DNA from: Verrucomicrobiota bacterium
Lineage (GTDB): Bacteria; Verrucomicrobiota; Verrucomicrobiia; Methylacidiphilales; UBA1321
Assembly: GCA_013286145.1 (NCBI GenBank)
Contig: JABDGH010000004.1
Location: forward strand, 5,874-69,873
Reading direction: 5' to 3'
Length of the DNA: 64,000 nt
Numbering within the stretch: the first letter of the stretch is position 1; the number at the start of each line of letters is the position of its first letter. The translations under genes and the position numbers were made by a program. The notes beneath the pieces are model-generated. The model was given only the letters and a program-made list of their open reading frames with translations, did no database searches and was not told the DNA's origin. Shown one piece after another: positions 47,161-57,352 of this stretch.

Positions 47161-47841
47161 TTACTGCAAATAATCGAACCCCGGACCGTCATACCGGGTG
47201 GTCATTGTATTTTTATCGAAGCTGCGAAGATTTTCCACGTGACCATCGGCAAAAAGAATATTCACGGTTCCCTGGTGAATGGGAATTTTGCCGCTATTTC
47301 CGTTGAATGCGGGATCCTGCGTGTAGTCGTCTTTATCCGCATCATCTACGCTGAATGACTTATACGCGATGTCACCTGCCAGGATATGCTGGCTGGCTGA
47401 ATGTAATCTCAAGAGGTTCACCGCACCAAAACCATGGGTTTGGCTATAGGCGGCGTGTGCACCGAGAAAATAACTATAGGTCGCATTCTCTGGAAGTATC
47501 TTGCTCGAATCGGGGCACCGATAAATATCTGTTCCTCTTCCCCCCATGTAAGGTTCTATTTGCCGTGTCCAGGCATATTGACCTGTGTTCGGGTCAGGAT
47601 CGGTATCATCATGACGAAGCAAACCTCCTGCGATCGGAAAATTGCCTTCGTTATCCCCGGCAAATGCGATCAGTCCGATTCCAATGAAGTGAAGGTTCCC
47701 GGCGCATTGAGCCGTACGCGCGCGATTCATTGCGGACATGAGATAAGGAAAAGAGACGGCAACCAGTATCGAGATGATTCCTATTACGACTAAAAGTTCG
47801 ACCAGGGTAAATCCGCGAAGATTTTTTTTGGAAGTTTTCAT
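47161..47841 (-). CDS. Prepilin-type N-terminal cleavage/methylation protein with H-X9-DG motif
   Basis: RGFTLVELLVVIGII, C..NL..IG, HQGTVNILFADGHV. Confidence 0.92.
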   Translation of the reverse strand: MKTSKKNLRGFTLVELLVVIGIISILVAVSFPYLMSAMNRARTAQCAGNLHFIGIGLIAFAGDNEGNFPIAGGLLRHDDTDPDPNTGQYAWTRQIEPYMGGRGTDIYRCPDSSKILPENATYSYFLGAHAAYSQTHGFGAVNLLRLHSASQHILAGDIAYKSFSVDDADKDDYTQDPAFNGNSGKIPIHQGTVNILFADGHVENLRSFDKNTMTTRYDGPGFDYLQ

Positions 47842-47922
47842 TTGTATCTGCCCTGTGTTCATGCAAACCGCTCGCCAGAACGTTCCCATCATACCTTCAC
47901 TCTTGAAGGTTACGATTCCATT

Positions 47923-48381
47923 TTACGACGTTGTCGCCGCAAAGGCCTCATCCAGCGACCGCAAGCGCCTCGCCATGTCGCGGGCCAGGTTGAGAATCAT
48001 GATGGCATATTGATCCGGCATTTTCTGGAAAAGATGATGGAGAGTTGCCGCCTTAATTTCGATCACCTTCACGTTTGAAAGCGTCCGAACGGTGGCAACC
48101 CGCGGGACAGGATCAACCACGCACATCTCTCCGAAAAAAGTACCGCCATGGAACCGCGCCAGCGTCACGGCATGCGGACTATCGAGGTGCTTGATGACCT
48201 CCACCTCTCCTTCAACGATGATAAAGAGCGAGTGACCTGCTTCTCCTTCGCGGACGATCAACTCGCCCGGGCTGAAATCCTGAACAATTCCCTCCTGGGC
48301 CAACAGGGTTAACGCCGAAGCATTTAATCCCGTTAGAAATGGCGTCGCAGCCAGTACCTCTAAAATCGGGGGATTCATCAT
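47923..48381 (-). CDS. Stand-alone cyclic-nucleotide-binding domain protein
   Basis: IVREGEAG.SLFIIVEGEV, FFGEM...PRVATV; no HTH. Confidence 0.9.
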   Translation of the reverse strand: MMNPPILEVLAATPFLTGLNASALTLLAQEGIVQDFSPGELIVREGEAGHSLFIIVEGEVEVIKHLDSPHAVTLARFHGGTFFGEMCVVDPVPRVATVRTLSNVKVIEIKAATLHHLFQKMPDQYAIMILNLARDMARRLRSLDEAFAATTS

Positions 48382-48485
48382 TCAAAGTCTAGCACATCCC
48401 ACCGTTAAACGGCGATCCATTGTGATAACCCGACCACCACATTCCCGCTTTCGATAATGCACAAATACCTCTATCGTTCGACTTC

Positions 48486-49751
48486 ATGAAAGCTGCGCCG
48501 ACGATTGGCTGGGTAGTTCTGAGCCTGCTGCTCGTCATCAGCTTCGTCATTGATGTCGATAATGTCACGCAAGGCGGGGCCATTGATCTGCGCAATCGCA
48601 TCACCGGCATTCGCCTGCTCGCGGATCATCTCGATGCCTACCATTACAAATGGCAGAAAACTGAACCTGAAAAATATTGCGATCCCTATAATAATCCCCT
48701 GCTCACGGTCAGCAAAACAACTTCTACGCCAGCCCTGTTATTTTTGCACTGGCCCCTGGCGCTGCTGCCCTATCGCCTCGCGCAATTCCTCTGGCTGCCC
48801 CTGCAATGGCTGTTCCTGTTCGGAACGATTTGGTTCTGGTTTCGGCGTTATCCAAAAACAGGACAACGTCTGTTGCTTACTGCAATCGTCACTGCGTTTA
48901 CCTACACAGCGGCCTGGCGTCTTCATGCCGAGCGCGGACAATCGTATGTCGTACTTCTCTTTTTTTTCGCCTGGTGGTTAACGGCCACACTTGATCCCAA
49001 AACTGGCAATCGTTTCGTGGCCGGATTTTTGGCGGGGTTACTCGTCGCCTTACGCCCCCCCTTCCTGATCCTGGCACCGTTTCTTCTCCTGCATCGCCGC
49101 GGTCAACTGCCCGGAGCCTTGGTCGGTTTGTTATTGGGTATCGGACTTCCTTTGCTGGTGAATCCGGGCAGTTGGTCGAACTATGCCTCGGCCATGCAGA
49201 CCCATTCCATGCTATACCTCTCTGGCGACGATCTTCGTCCGCCACAGCAACATTATCCTCCCACCATCGAAGGAATCCCGACCGACATCCTTGGCGCGTA
49301 TGTGCCGATTTCCTATGCCGATTTTTCGGCCCATTCTTTTTTACGTTGGATCGGCCTGGAACCGTTTCCTGCTCTTCCGTTGCTTTTTGCCGTGGGATTA
49401 TTTTTTATTGTTTGGCTCTGGTGGTCGCGCGAGCAACAAATCGAAATATTGCTTCTCGGGGTAGCGGCGTGGTTTTTTATCTTCGATCTCTTTTTGCCCG
49501 CCTATCGGAATAACTACAACGACGTGCTCATTCTTAACGTCGTGGCCCTCGGACTGCTCGCCGCCACGAAGTTTCCGCTGGGCGGCTGGGCATGCCTCCT
49601 CTCTTTGTTATTCGGTTGGGGCATTGCTGTCCTGACACCGACCCAGGCGTGGCTAATCAACCTTCCCGCGTTTTTCTTCACACTCGGAGCAGTTCTGTTC
49701 CTTTTCCCACCGGGCAACTTTTCAAACCCAAAAAACAATCGCGATAAATGA
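48486..49751 (+). CDS. GT-C fold membrane glycosyltransferase (GT87/DUF2029-like)
   Basis: Polytopic membrane protein with D-containing first loop (IDLRNR), ERGQ and LRPP motifs. Confidence 0.6.
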   Translation: MKAAPTIGWVVLSLLLVISFVIDVDNVTQGGAIDLRNRITGIRLLADHLDAYHYKWQKTEPEKYCDPYNNPLLTVSKTTSTPALLFLHWPLALLPYRLAQFLWLPLQWLFLFGTIWFWFRRYPKTGQRLLLTAIVTAFTYTAAWRLHAERGQSYVVLLFFFAWWLTATLDPKTGNRFVAGFLAGLLVALRPPFLILAPFLLLHRRGQLPGALVGLLLGIGLPLLVNPGSWSNYASAMQTHSMLYLSGDDLRPPQQHYPPTIEGIPTDILGAYVPISYADFSAHSFLRWIGLEPFPALPLLFAVGLFFIVWLWWSREQQIEILLLGVAAWFFIFDLFLPAYRNNYNDVLILNVVALGLLAATKFPLGGWACLLSLLFGWGIAVLTPTQAWLINLPAFFFTLGAVLFLFPPGNFSNPKNNRDK

Positions 49752-49810
49752 GCCTCCAACTCCTTTTTCACTTTGACGCTGCGCGTTGAGCTTACCAGAG
49801 TATAGAACCC

Positions 49811-50845
49811 ATGGCCTCTCCATCCCCTTCCCTCGAAATTCTTTTTACTGGCGCGAACCAGCTTGAAGTGCGCCCGGTGGAACCCATTCGTCATCCCGGC
49901 CCCGGCGAAATTGCCATTACCTGTACACGCTCCCTGATTTCAACCGGCACCGAATGCACCTGCCTGACCCGTAATTTCAATCCAGGGTCGGTTTGGGACG
50001 GCTGGGTCAAATATCCTTTCCGATCCGGTTACAGCGTGGCGGGACATGTGACTGAAGTAGGCGAAGGCGTGACCGATCTGAAACCCGGTGATCGAATTGC
50101 CGTCGGAGCCACACATGCCCGCCAGGCGGTCGTTCCGGCCAACGAGGGAACCATGCCCATCGTTCGGATACCCGACGGGATCAACGACGATGAGGCCGCC
50201 TGGTTCAATCTCGCGTGCGTGGCCCAAATCGGGGTGCGTCGTGCGGAACATGAACTGGGGGATAACGTGGTCCTTGTTGGAATGGGCCAGTTGGGCCAAC
50301 TGGCTGTTCGCTACCTGCGGATATGGGGTGCCAATTCCATCATCGCGATTGATACCGCCCCGGCTCGCCTTGAAATGGCCAAACGCGGAGGAGCCTCCCA
50401 CACCCTGAAGATGCCTGTTGCCGAGGCAAAAGAAGCTGTGGCTGAAATCACCGGCGGGCGTCTCGCCGATGTTGTCTATGACATGACCGGTCATGCGGGC
50501 GCTTTTGCTCCGTCACTCGGAATGGCGCGCCGTTTCGGGAAGTTGATCCTTTTGAGCAATCCGGGCAAAGCTTCCGACCTGTGTCTCACCGGCGATGTCT
50601 TCGGACGCGGAGTGCAGGTTCGCGCAGCACATCTCGGCGATCCACCTTGGGTCGCCAATGACCATCTTTATTGGACACGCCGAAACATGGGCAAACTCTT
50701 TTTCAATTACCTGCTCGATGGTCGCATGAGGGTCGCCGACCTGATTACGAATCGTTATCCTCCCACCGAGGCGCGCCAGGCTTACGATAAACTCCTCACG
50801 GATCGCGACAACGCCATGGGCATCATGTTCGAGTGGGATCGATGA
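49811..50845 (+). CDS. MDR-superfamily dehydrogenase
   Basis: SLISTGTE, YP..SGYS.AG.V, GMGQLGQ, DMTG. Confidence 0.85.
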   Translation: MASPSPSLEILFTGANQLEVRPVEPIRHPGPGEIAITCTRSLISTGTECTCLTRNFNPGSVWDGWVKYPFRSGYSVAGHVTEVGEGVTDLKPGDRIAVGATHARQAVVPANEGTMPIVRIPDGINDDEAAWFNLACVAQIGVRRAEHELGDNVVLVGMGQLGQLAVRYLRIWGANSIIAIDTAPARLEMAKRGGASHTLKMPVAEAKEAVAEITGGRLADVVYDMTGHAGAFAPSLGMARRFGKLILLSNPGKASDLCLTGDVFGRGVQVRAAHLGDPPWVANDHLYWTRRNMGKLFFNYLLDGRMRVADLITNRYPPTEARQAYDKLLTDRDNAMGIMFEWDR

Positions 50846-50856
50846 TCTGACGCCCT

Positions 50857-52227
50857 ATGTTGAATTATATCTGGCTTGCGTTGATTGGTCTTGCGGTGCT
50901 GCTCGGCGGCTTCACCGGCAAAATTAGCGAGATCAATAAAGCGGCCATCGACAGCGCAAATACGGCGGTCACGCTCGCGCTCGGCCTGATCGCAGTGATG
51001 ACTCTCTGGCTCGGGTTAATGCGACTGGCCGATAAAGCGGGGCTGGTCAATCGTCTCGGCCTGGCGCTGAAACCGATCATGGTCTGGCTCTTTCCCGAAG
51101 TGCCGCCGAATCATCCCGCCATGGGCGCGATCATTCTCAATGTCGCTGCAAATATCCTCGGCCTGAATAATGCCGCCACGCCGCTCGGCCTGCGCGCGAT
51201 GAGTGAATTGGAAAAACTCAATAAGCGCCCCGGCGTCGCCACCAATGCGATGTGCATGTTGCTGGCGATCAACACAAGCTCCATCACGTTGATTCCCGTG
51301 ACTGTCATCGGAGTTCTTGCGTTGGCTCACAGCAAAAATCCGACGAGCATCATCGGCACTTCGCTGGCCGCAACGCTGGTGGCCCATGCTGCGGCCATCG
51401 GAACCTGCAAGCTCCTGGAAAGGAGCCGTTTCTACCGGCTCCCACCCATCGAAGAAAAAGTAGCGACCATTTTCCCTCCGGAAAAGATCGATGCTGCGGC
51501 CACAGCGACAATTTCCGAGGGACAAAAAGTTGAGGAGAAGGCGCAGCGCACGGATGAAGCCCTTCCTTGGATTCCCTATGCTGGATGGATACTCGCTGCG
51601 GTTGGAGGGCTTTTTCTCGCCACGCTTTTGGTCACCGCTTTTCCGGAAATCATCCGACAGACGCCCTCGCCTGAAGAGGCCTCGCACTTTTTCCTCCTGC
51701 GTCTCGTGAATGCCCTCTCTCTCCTCGCCATCCCGTGGCTCATTCTTTTTTTTCCACTCTACGCCGCACTGCGTCGGGTACCAGTTTACGAAGAATTCGT
51801 TGAAGGAGGCAAGGAGGGTTTCCACGTCATCCTTCGTGTCTTTCCCTATATTGTCGGAATGTTGGTCGCGGTCGGAATGTTCAACGCATCCGGCGGCATG
51901 GCTATCCTTACCAAGCTCTTGCATCCCGTGACGAACTTCCTCCATTTCCCATCGGAACTTGTGCCAATCGCACTAATTCGTCCATTCAATAGCATAGCTG
52001 CCCTGGCATTTTTAACAGAGATTATCAAACAGGGACCTGATACTCTGATTGCCCTCACCGGGGCGACGCTCTACGGCTGTTCTGAAACGACTTTCTACGT
52101 CATCGCGGTCTATTTCGGTTCGGTGAATGTCCGAAAAACTCGCCACGCCATTCCTGCAGGCTTGGTGGCCGATGTGATTGGCCCCATTGCTTCGGTTCTG
52201 GTATGTCGCGCCGCGTTCGGAGGATAA
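50857..52227 (+). CDS. Fused SpmA/SpmB nucleoside-recognition (gate) membrane protein
   Basis: LWLGLMR, ANILGLNNAATPLGL.AM, INTSS; YEEFVEGGKEG, SETTFYVIAVYFGSV. Confidence 0.92.
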   Translation: MLNYIWLALIGLAVLLGGFTGKISEINKAAIDSANTAVTLALGLIAVMTLWLGLMRLADKAGLVNRLGLALKPIMVWLFPEVPPNHPAMGAIILNVAANILGLNNAATPLGLRAMSELEKLNKRPGVATNAMCMLLAINTSSITLIPVTVIGVLALAHSKNPTSIIGTSLAATLVAHAAAIGTCKLLERSRFYRLPPIEEKVATIFPPEKIDAAATATISEGQKVEEKAQRTDEALPWIPYAGWILAAVGGLFLATLLVTAFPEIIRQTPSPEEASHFFLLRLVNALSLLAIPWLILFFPLYAALRRVPVYEEFVEGGKEGFHVILRVFPYIVGMLVAVGMFNASGGMAILTKLLHPVTNFLHFPSELVPIALIRPFNSIAALAFLTEIIKQGPDTLIALTGATLYGCSETTFYVIAVYFGSVNVRKTRHAIPAGLVADVIGPIASVLVCRAAFGG

Positions 52228-52277
52228 ATAAACGCAAAACGATACCGAATGAGGTAAGTTGACCGACGACCTTCATC

Positions 52278-53273
52278 ATGCGTGATCTTCTTCCTGATAA
52301 CCGCCCGCTCTTGATTCTTGCTCCCATGCAGGACATCACGGATCTGGCGTTTTGGCGCGTGCTGTCCCGCTATGGCGGCCCGGACGTTTATTACACCGAG
52401 TATTTCCGGGTTCATCGTGATTCGCGCCCGGAAAAATATATCCTGCGTTCCATTGATGAAAATCCCAACGGCAAGCCCATCATCGCTCAGATGATTGGGC
52501 AGGACGTCGAAGCACTTCAACGCACGGCAATAGAATTGCAGAAACGAAAAATCGTCGGCATTGATCTCAACTTTGGCTGTCCCGCCCCCATCGTCTGCCG
52601 CAAAGACGCGGGCGGAGGCCTGTTTCGGCACCCGGAAAAGATTGATGCCATTTTACGCGAGGTGCGCGCCTCCGTGCATCTCAAGTTGACGGTGAAAACG
52701 CGAATCGGTTTCGATTCCCCGGAAGAATTTCCACAACTGCTTGATCTTTTTCGTCGTCATCCCATCGACGCCCTGACCGTTCATGGCCGTACCGTGCGGG
52801 AGATGTATAAACCGCTCGTCCATTACGACGCTATTGAACGCGCCGCGCGCCTGATGCCCTGTCCCGTATTCGCCAATGGGAACGTGAGGTGCATCGATTC
52901 GGCGCGTCAAGTCATCAAAACCACGGGCGCATCCGGCTTGATGATTGGCCGCGGAGCCATTCGTAATCCGTGGCTCTTCCAGCAAATTCGCGAAGCGTGG
53001 TCCGGTGAACTGCGAACGCAGCCAACACTTGCGAATGTACGGGAATATATTGAATACCTCCATGAGGAGACGCGTCAACCGGGCCTCCGGGACGAGTCCC
53101 ACGTGGGCAAAATGAAAAAATATCTCGGCTTTATCGCTCCCGGGCTTGGAGAAGATAATGCGTTCTGGAAAGAGATACGTCCGACCTTGAGCCTGCGCGA
53201 ATTGTTTGCTGTCTGTGATCGTCACCTCAACACGCCCGATCCGTTCTTACCGGCACAACCGCTTGAACGATGA
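52278..53273 (+). CDS. tRNA-dihydrouridine synthase family protein
   Basis: LAPMQD, DLNFGCP, TVKTRIG, TVHGRT, FANGNV, MIGRGA. Confidence 0.93.
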   Translation: MRDLLPDNRPLLILAPMQDITDLAFWRVLSRYGGPDVYYTEYFRVHRDSRPEKYILRSIDENPNGKPIIAQMIGQDVEALQRTAIELQKRKIVGIDLNFGCPAPIVCRKDAGGGLFRHPEKIDAILREVRASVHLKLTVKTRIGFDSPEEFPQLLDLFRRHPIDALTVHGRTVREMYKPLVHYDAIERAARLMPCPVFANGNVRCIDSARQVIKTTGASGLMIGRGAIRNPWLFQQIREAWSGELRTQPTLANVREYIEYLHEETRQPGLRDESHVGKMKKYLGFIAPGLGEDNAFWKEIRPTLSLRELFAVCDRHLNTPDPFLPAQPLER

Positions 53274-53740
53274 AATCGAAAAAGTATTCCCGAACGCCGG
53301 GTAAAGCCGAGGCATCGCGGTTGAAAGCATTGGAGGAAGTCCGAGCCATTTATCGTGAACTCAAAAATCGTCCGATTGAACGCGCCTGCGAACGCCGCAC
53401 GGAATGCTGTCATTTCAAACTCACCGGACGCACGCCTCAACTCACGCGGGGAGAGGCTCTCCTGGCTGCACAGGCGTTGCGCGCGTCAGGAAGAAAAAAG
53501 ATGCCGGAACATCCGGACGGCGCGTGTCCCATGCTTCGCGAAAACGGAACGTGCCTCATTTACGAGGATCGTCCCTTTGGCTGTCGCACCCATTTCTGCG
53601 CCGCTGCGGGAGGACCCTACGCCCGTACCGAAGTGCTCGATCTCATCCGGCGGCTTGAAGCCATCGACACGTCTCTTGGTGGTTCCGGCCCACGCGCTTT
53701 ACCCGTTGCAGTCGTGGCTGAATTGAATACCTCCTGGTAA
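53270..53740 (+). CDS. YkgJ-family Cys-cluster protein
   Basis: C...ECC, CP.L...TCLIYEDRPFGCR. Confidence 0.88.
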   Translation: MKSKKYSRTPGKAEASRLKALEEVRAIYRELKNRPIERACERRTECCHFKLTGRTPQLTRGEALLAAQALRASGRKKMPEHPDGACPMLRENGTCLIYEDRPFGCRTHFCAAAGGPYARTEVLDLIRRLEAIDTSLGGSGPRALPVAVVAELNTSW

Positions 53741-53859
53741 TAAATTTGGCGATCACAGGGAGCAGGCTTGTTTAGGCAGCTTGACGCTTACGGCAGCAAG
53801 GCAATATTGTTTACCTCTATTTTTCGGATAATTATTCAAGTTAGATTTAAAGACAATTT

Positions 53860-54744
53860 ATGAGCGGGAAACGAAATTCAAGTTGCGGCGAATACCTCGG
53901 ATTATTGGTCGTCATCCTGATCGTCGGAGTTGTGGGCATGGTGATTTTTCATAAAGAAAAACCATCAAAGCAGCCAGTTCCGAGCACCCCCGCTCAACCT
54001 CAAAACCAAGCCTCGGCACCAACTCCAGCCCCCACGCCTGACCTATCTCCCATATCCCCGGCTAACACCCCTCCTCAACCACAGCCCAATGCGGCATCGT
54101 TGGCCACATTCGTTCGCGCCGTTCATGACAACTACGGCCTGTTGAGAACGAATGACGGCAAGGTATTTGTCAATGTTCAGGTCAATAAGGTCGATCCTTC
54201 AGGAATAAATTTCATCTGTGATGCCGGCGTGGCCACGATTCCGTTCGAGCGATTTTCCGATGGCCCTCCAGACATAAAAAAAATCTATGGATTTGATCCC
54301 GCTTTGGCTGCGACTTATCGAAAAGCCCAGGCCGATTTTGTGGCGAACAAACCCGGTGATGCCCCCAGCCAACCGATAGCTCCGATTGCGCATGACAATG
54401 TCGTTAAACCCGCCGCCGCCGATACCAAGTCCCAACAAATACACGGCACCGTCCAACAGATTATAAGTGTCGATTCAGCACACACGCAGGGTTATCTCGT
54501 GCGCGTCAGTTCAGACAGCAGCAATTCCCTCGTAAGCCTCTTTGGAAGTCAGACCGTCCTTCTTATTGGCGTCAAACCGCCCCTGGCCGTGGGTGACACC
54601 TTTCCCTCAAGTGCAGATGGGAATGCGACGGTCTATTACGCCGGAACAACCCAATACGCCACGCCCTCGGGAGAATCGAGGATGGTTAAAATATACACTC
54701 CGGATCGCGCATCTGCTGCAGGCGCGGCGGCAGCATCTCCATAA
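53860..54744 (+). CDS. Hypothetical membrane-anchored protein with Pro-rich linker
   Basis: Single TM, Pro/Gln linker, small domain LRTNDGKVF.NV.V.KV.P.GI....AGVA.IPF. Confidence 0.7.
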   Translation: MSGKRNSSCGEYLGLLVVILIVGVVGMVIFHKEKPSKQPVPSTPAQPQNQASAPTPAPTPDLSPISPANTPPQPQPNAASLATFVRAVHDNYGLLRTNDGKVFVNVQVNKVDPSGINFICDAGVATIPFERFSDGPPDIKKIYGFDPALAATYRKAQADFVANKPGDAPSQPIAPIAHDNVVKPAAADTKSQQIHGTVQQIISVDSAHTQGYLVRVSSDSSNSLVSLFGSQTVLLIGVKPPLAVGDTFPSSADGNATVYYAGTTQYATPSGESRMVKIYTPDRASAAGAAAASP

Positions 54745-54772
54745 TGCCGCAGCATTAACCCGACGAAAAGGG

Positions 54773-54846
<74 letters not shown>

Positions 54847-55025
54847 ATTAGGTGGGCGCACTTCCCAAACTGTGGCTTTCATCTCACCGGAAGTTGCGCG
54901 GAGCATCAATATCCCTTGATCCACCCGCATTAGCAAGGGGTTTTATGAAATCGTTCCCGTGCAGGTGTCTATTTTTATAAGAGTTCTGGACTGTTCGCCT
55001 GTGCGGGGATGAGATAAAAACTTTC

Positions 55026-55925
55026 ATGTCCTTGTCACGAGTTCATGTTCGCGTACCCGCCAGCACTTCCAATCTCGGTCCCGGTTTCGATTGCTTGGGC
55101 GTGGCTCTGAATCTTTACAACACGACCACGGTCACACACATGGAGGGCGCGATCCCGCCGGAAGGGATGATCGGGGAAACGGCCAAGGCTTTTTTCCAGT
55201 ATGCCGCCAACGGGAAAATCAAACCGTTCGGATTTGAAGCACGCATTGATGGCGATATTCCGATTTCGCGGGGAATGGGCAGCAGTGTCACAGTGCGTCT
55301 CGGAATCTTGATGGGGCTGGCGGAACTCGTTAAAGAGTCGTTCCCCGTCACGCGCGAACAGATCCTGAATTTGCTGATCGAATTGGAAGGTCATCCCGAC
55401 AACGCGGTGCCTTCTTTCCTCGGCGGGTTTGCGGTTTGTTCCCATGCCACGGACAAGCCGGAGGACGGCTTTGCCTACACACGAGTCACGGTGAAGTCGG
55501 AACTTTCGTTTGTGACCCTGGTGCCCGACTTGCGCTTGAAGACCGAGACAGCCCGTGGACTTTTGCCGAAGGAAGTCCCGTTTCATCATGCGGTGGAAAA
55601 TGTTCAGCGCGCCGCCAGGATCGCTGCGGCTTTTTGCACCCACGATTACGCATCGTTGCGCGGACTTTTTGTCGATCATCTGCACCAGCCGTTTCGTCAG
55701 GTGCTCATTCCCGGTTTTGCCGACATCCTGACGGCGGCGTGCGAAGCGGGCGCGTTGGGAAGTTTCCTCAGCGGCGCAGGTTCTTCCTTAATGGCACTGA
55801 CTTTGGATCAGACGGAGACTATTTCCTCTGCGATGCTGGAAGCGGCTCAAAAGCATGCTTTGCCCGCCCATGTCCTCGTCTTGAAGGCTGACAATGAAGG
55901 TGCGCAAATTTTGGATAAAGTCTAA
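55026..55925 (+). CDS. thrB: Homoserine kinase
   Basis: VPASTSNLGPGFD, IPISRGMGSS, EGHPDN, LHQP, LSGAGSS. Confidence 0.96.
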   Translation: MSLSRVHVRVPASTSNLGPGFDCLGVALNLYNTTTVTHMEGAIPPEGMIGETAKAFFQYAANGKIKPFGFEARIDGDIPISRGMGSSVTVRLGILMGLAELVKESFPVTREQILNLLIELEGHPDNAVPSFLGGFAVCSHATDKPEDGFAYTRVTVKSELSFVTLVPDLRLKTETARGLLPKEVPFHHAVENVQRAARIAAAFCTHDYASLRGLFVDHLHQPFRQVLIPGFADILTAACEAGALGSFLSGAGSSLMALTLDQTETISSAMLEAAQKHALPAHVLVLKADNEGAQILDKV

Positions 55926-57337
55926 AGCCTGATCGTCAGGCGACGGCGGCGAAAGGTGGGCTGATCGAGATTTTCACCGCGATACATGGTTTCATGCGTC
56001 TTCTCGAAGCGACCGCGTGTGGGCCCTTCAAATTGCATTTCCTCCTGCTTGGCGATGAAACGTTGACCGGGCTGGGTTGTCACTGAGGTAGATCGCGGAA
56101 TTTCCACTTCAGGAACAGGCAATGGATCTGTCTCAGCCATGGCGTGATTCTCAACCACGGCGGGCGCGGGTTTTGATTTACGGGGAGCGGGGAGTGAACG
56201 CGTCGGCTTGCTTTTATCCGTCATCGGAGGCTCAAGCCTTGCTTCCACTTCGGGCAATGCGGTCGTCTTGGCGATGGGTTTCACCGACTTGGGAGAATGT
56301 TGTTTATCAGGCACTTCTTCGACCAAGGGCTCCAGGGCGGGAGTGGTCATGGCCAGCAGAACGGTCATGCGCACCTTGTCATGGCTTTCTTCATCGAGAC
56401 TCGCACTGGTGGCGATTGGAATGTTGACGGGGATATGATCCTTTAACGCACCGACCATTTCCTGAACATCGGAAAGGCCGAGATTACGCGTCCCGTTGAC
56501 CGCGACAATGGCGTGATCGACGTGTTTCCAGATCGATTCGTCGCTTAGCATGGGACAGGCGAGTAACTGCTGAATCAAGTCTTCCGTGCTATCGTGGATG
56601 TCCCCCTCCACATGCGCCACCCAGCAATTTTCCAGCACTTCTGAACCGATATAACGGCCATAGAGACTGCGCACATCCGCAAAAGAAAGTTGAATGAGAC
56701 CGCGCTTGCAGACAATCTGCGCAAGCGCTTGCGCGGTCTGCGCCAGCAATTGATGCATGAGATGAAAACCAAGGCGTACATTTTTTGATGCAGCGGGATT
56801 TTCGACGATCCGATCCTGGGAAAGAACCAGGACGCTATCGGCTTCCTGGCGCAAGGATGCAGTGGCTTGAATCGATTTTTCGCGCCGGGCCCAGCCTTCA
56901 AACGCAAAAGGCTGCACCCCTGCCACGATGACTTTCGCGCCGGTCTTGCGACCCAATTGAATTAAATGTTCGGCCAACGCCACACCGGTGGAACCCGCAA
57001 GACCGAGGATAAGAATAAGAAAATCACAACCCTCCACGACGTTCACTAGCTGACTTTCTTCCAGTGCGACAATTTCGCGCGCCAAGTCCATGTCCCCCGC
57101 GCAACCCAATCCATGCACAAGATCGCGACCGAGCAAATGACGATTGGGCACCACCGAGCTCTCAATTGTTTGCTGATCCGAATCGAAAACCCAGATGTCC
57201 TGCGAAGGCCGGCCATGCATAACCATCTGGTCACATGCGGCGACCCCTGTCTGCCCCAACCCGATGATGCGCACGCGATCAGGAAAAAGCTGGTCAGCTT
57301 TTTCCGAGAAAGGCCCGTCTTTTTTGAATTCGATCAC
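55922..57337 (-). CDS. ftsZ: Cell division protein FtsZ, highly divergent
   Basis: Follows ftsA; GLG, PFAFEG..R, FADVR and C-terminal RGRF...GENLDQPTF.R retained; tubulin signature degenerate (GLAGSTG). Confidence 0.85.
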   Translation of the reverse strand: MIEFKKDGPFSEKADQLFPDRVRIIGLGQTGVAACDQMVMHGRPSQDIWVFDSDQQTIESSVVPNRHLLGRDLVHGLGCAGDMDLAREIVALEESQLVNVVEGCDFLILILGLAGSTGVALAEHLIQLGRKTGAKVIVAGVQPFAFEGWARREKSIQATASLRQEADSVLVLSQDRIVENPAASKNVRLGFHLMHQLLAQTAQALAQIVCKRGLIQLSFADVRSLYGRYIGSEVLENCWVAHVEGDIHDSTEDLIQQLLACPMLSDESIWKHVDHAIVAVNGTRNLGLSDVQEMVGALKDHIPVNIPIATSASLDEESHDKVRMTVLLAMTTPALEPLVEEVPDKQHSPKSVKPIAKTTALPEVEARLEPPMTDKSKPTRSLPAPRKSKPAPAVVENHAMAETDPLPVPEVEIPRSTSVTTQPGQRFIAKQEEMQFEGPTRGRFEKTHETMYRGENLDQPTFRRRRLTIRL

Positions 57338-57352
57338 TTTTTCATCCTCCCA

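Noticed and set aside
50857-52227. SpmA/SpmB as evidence of sporulation
   Set aside because: The fused form is widespread in non-sporulating bacteria and no other sporulation genes are present
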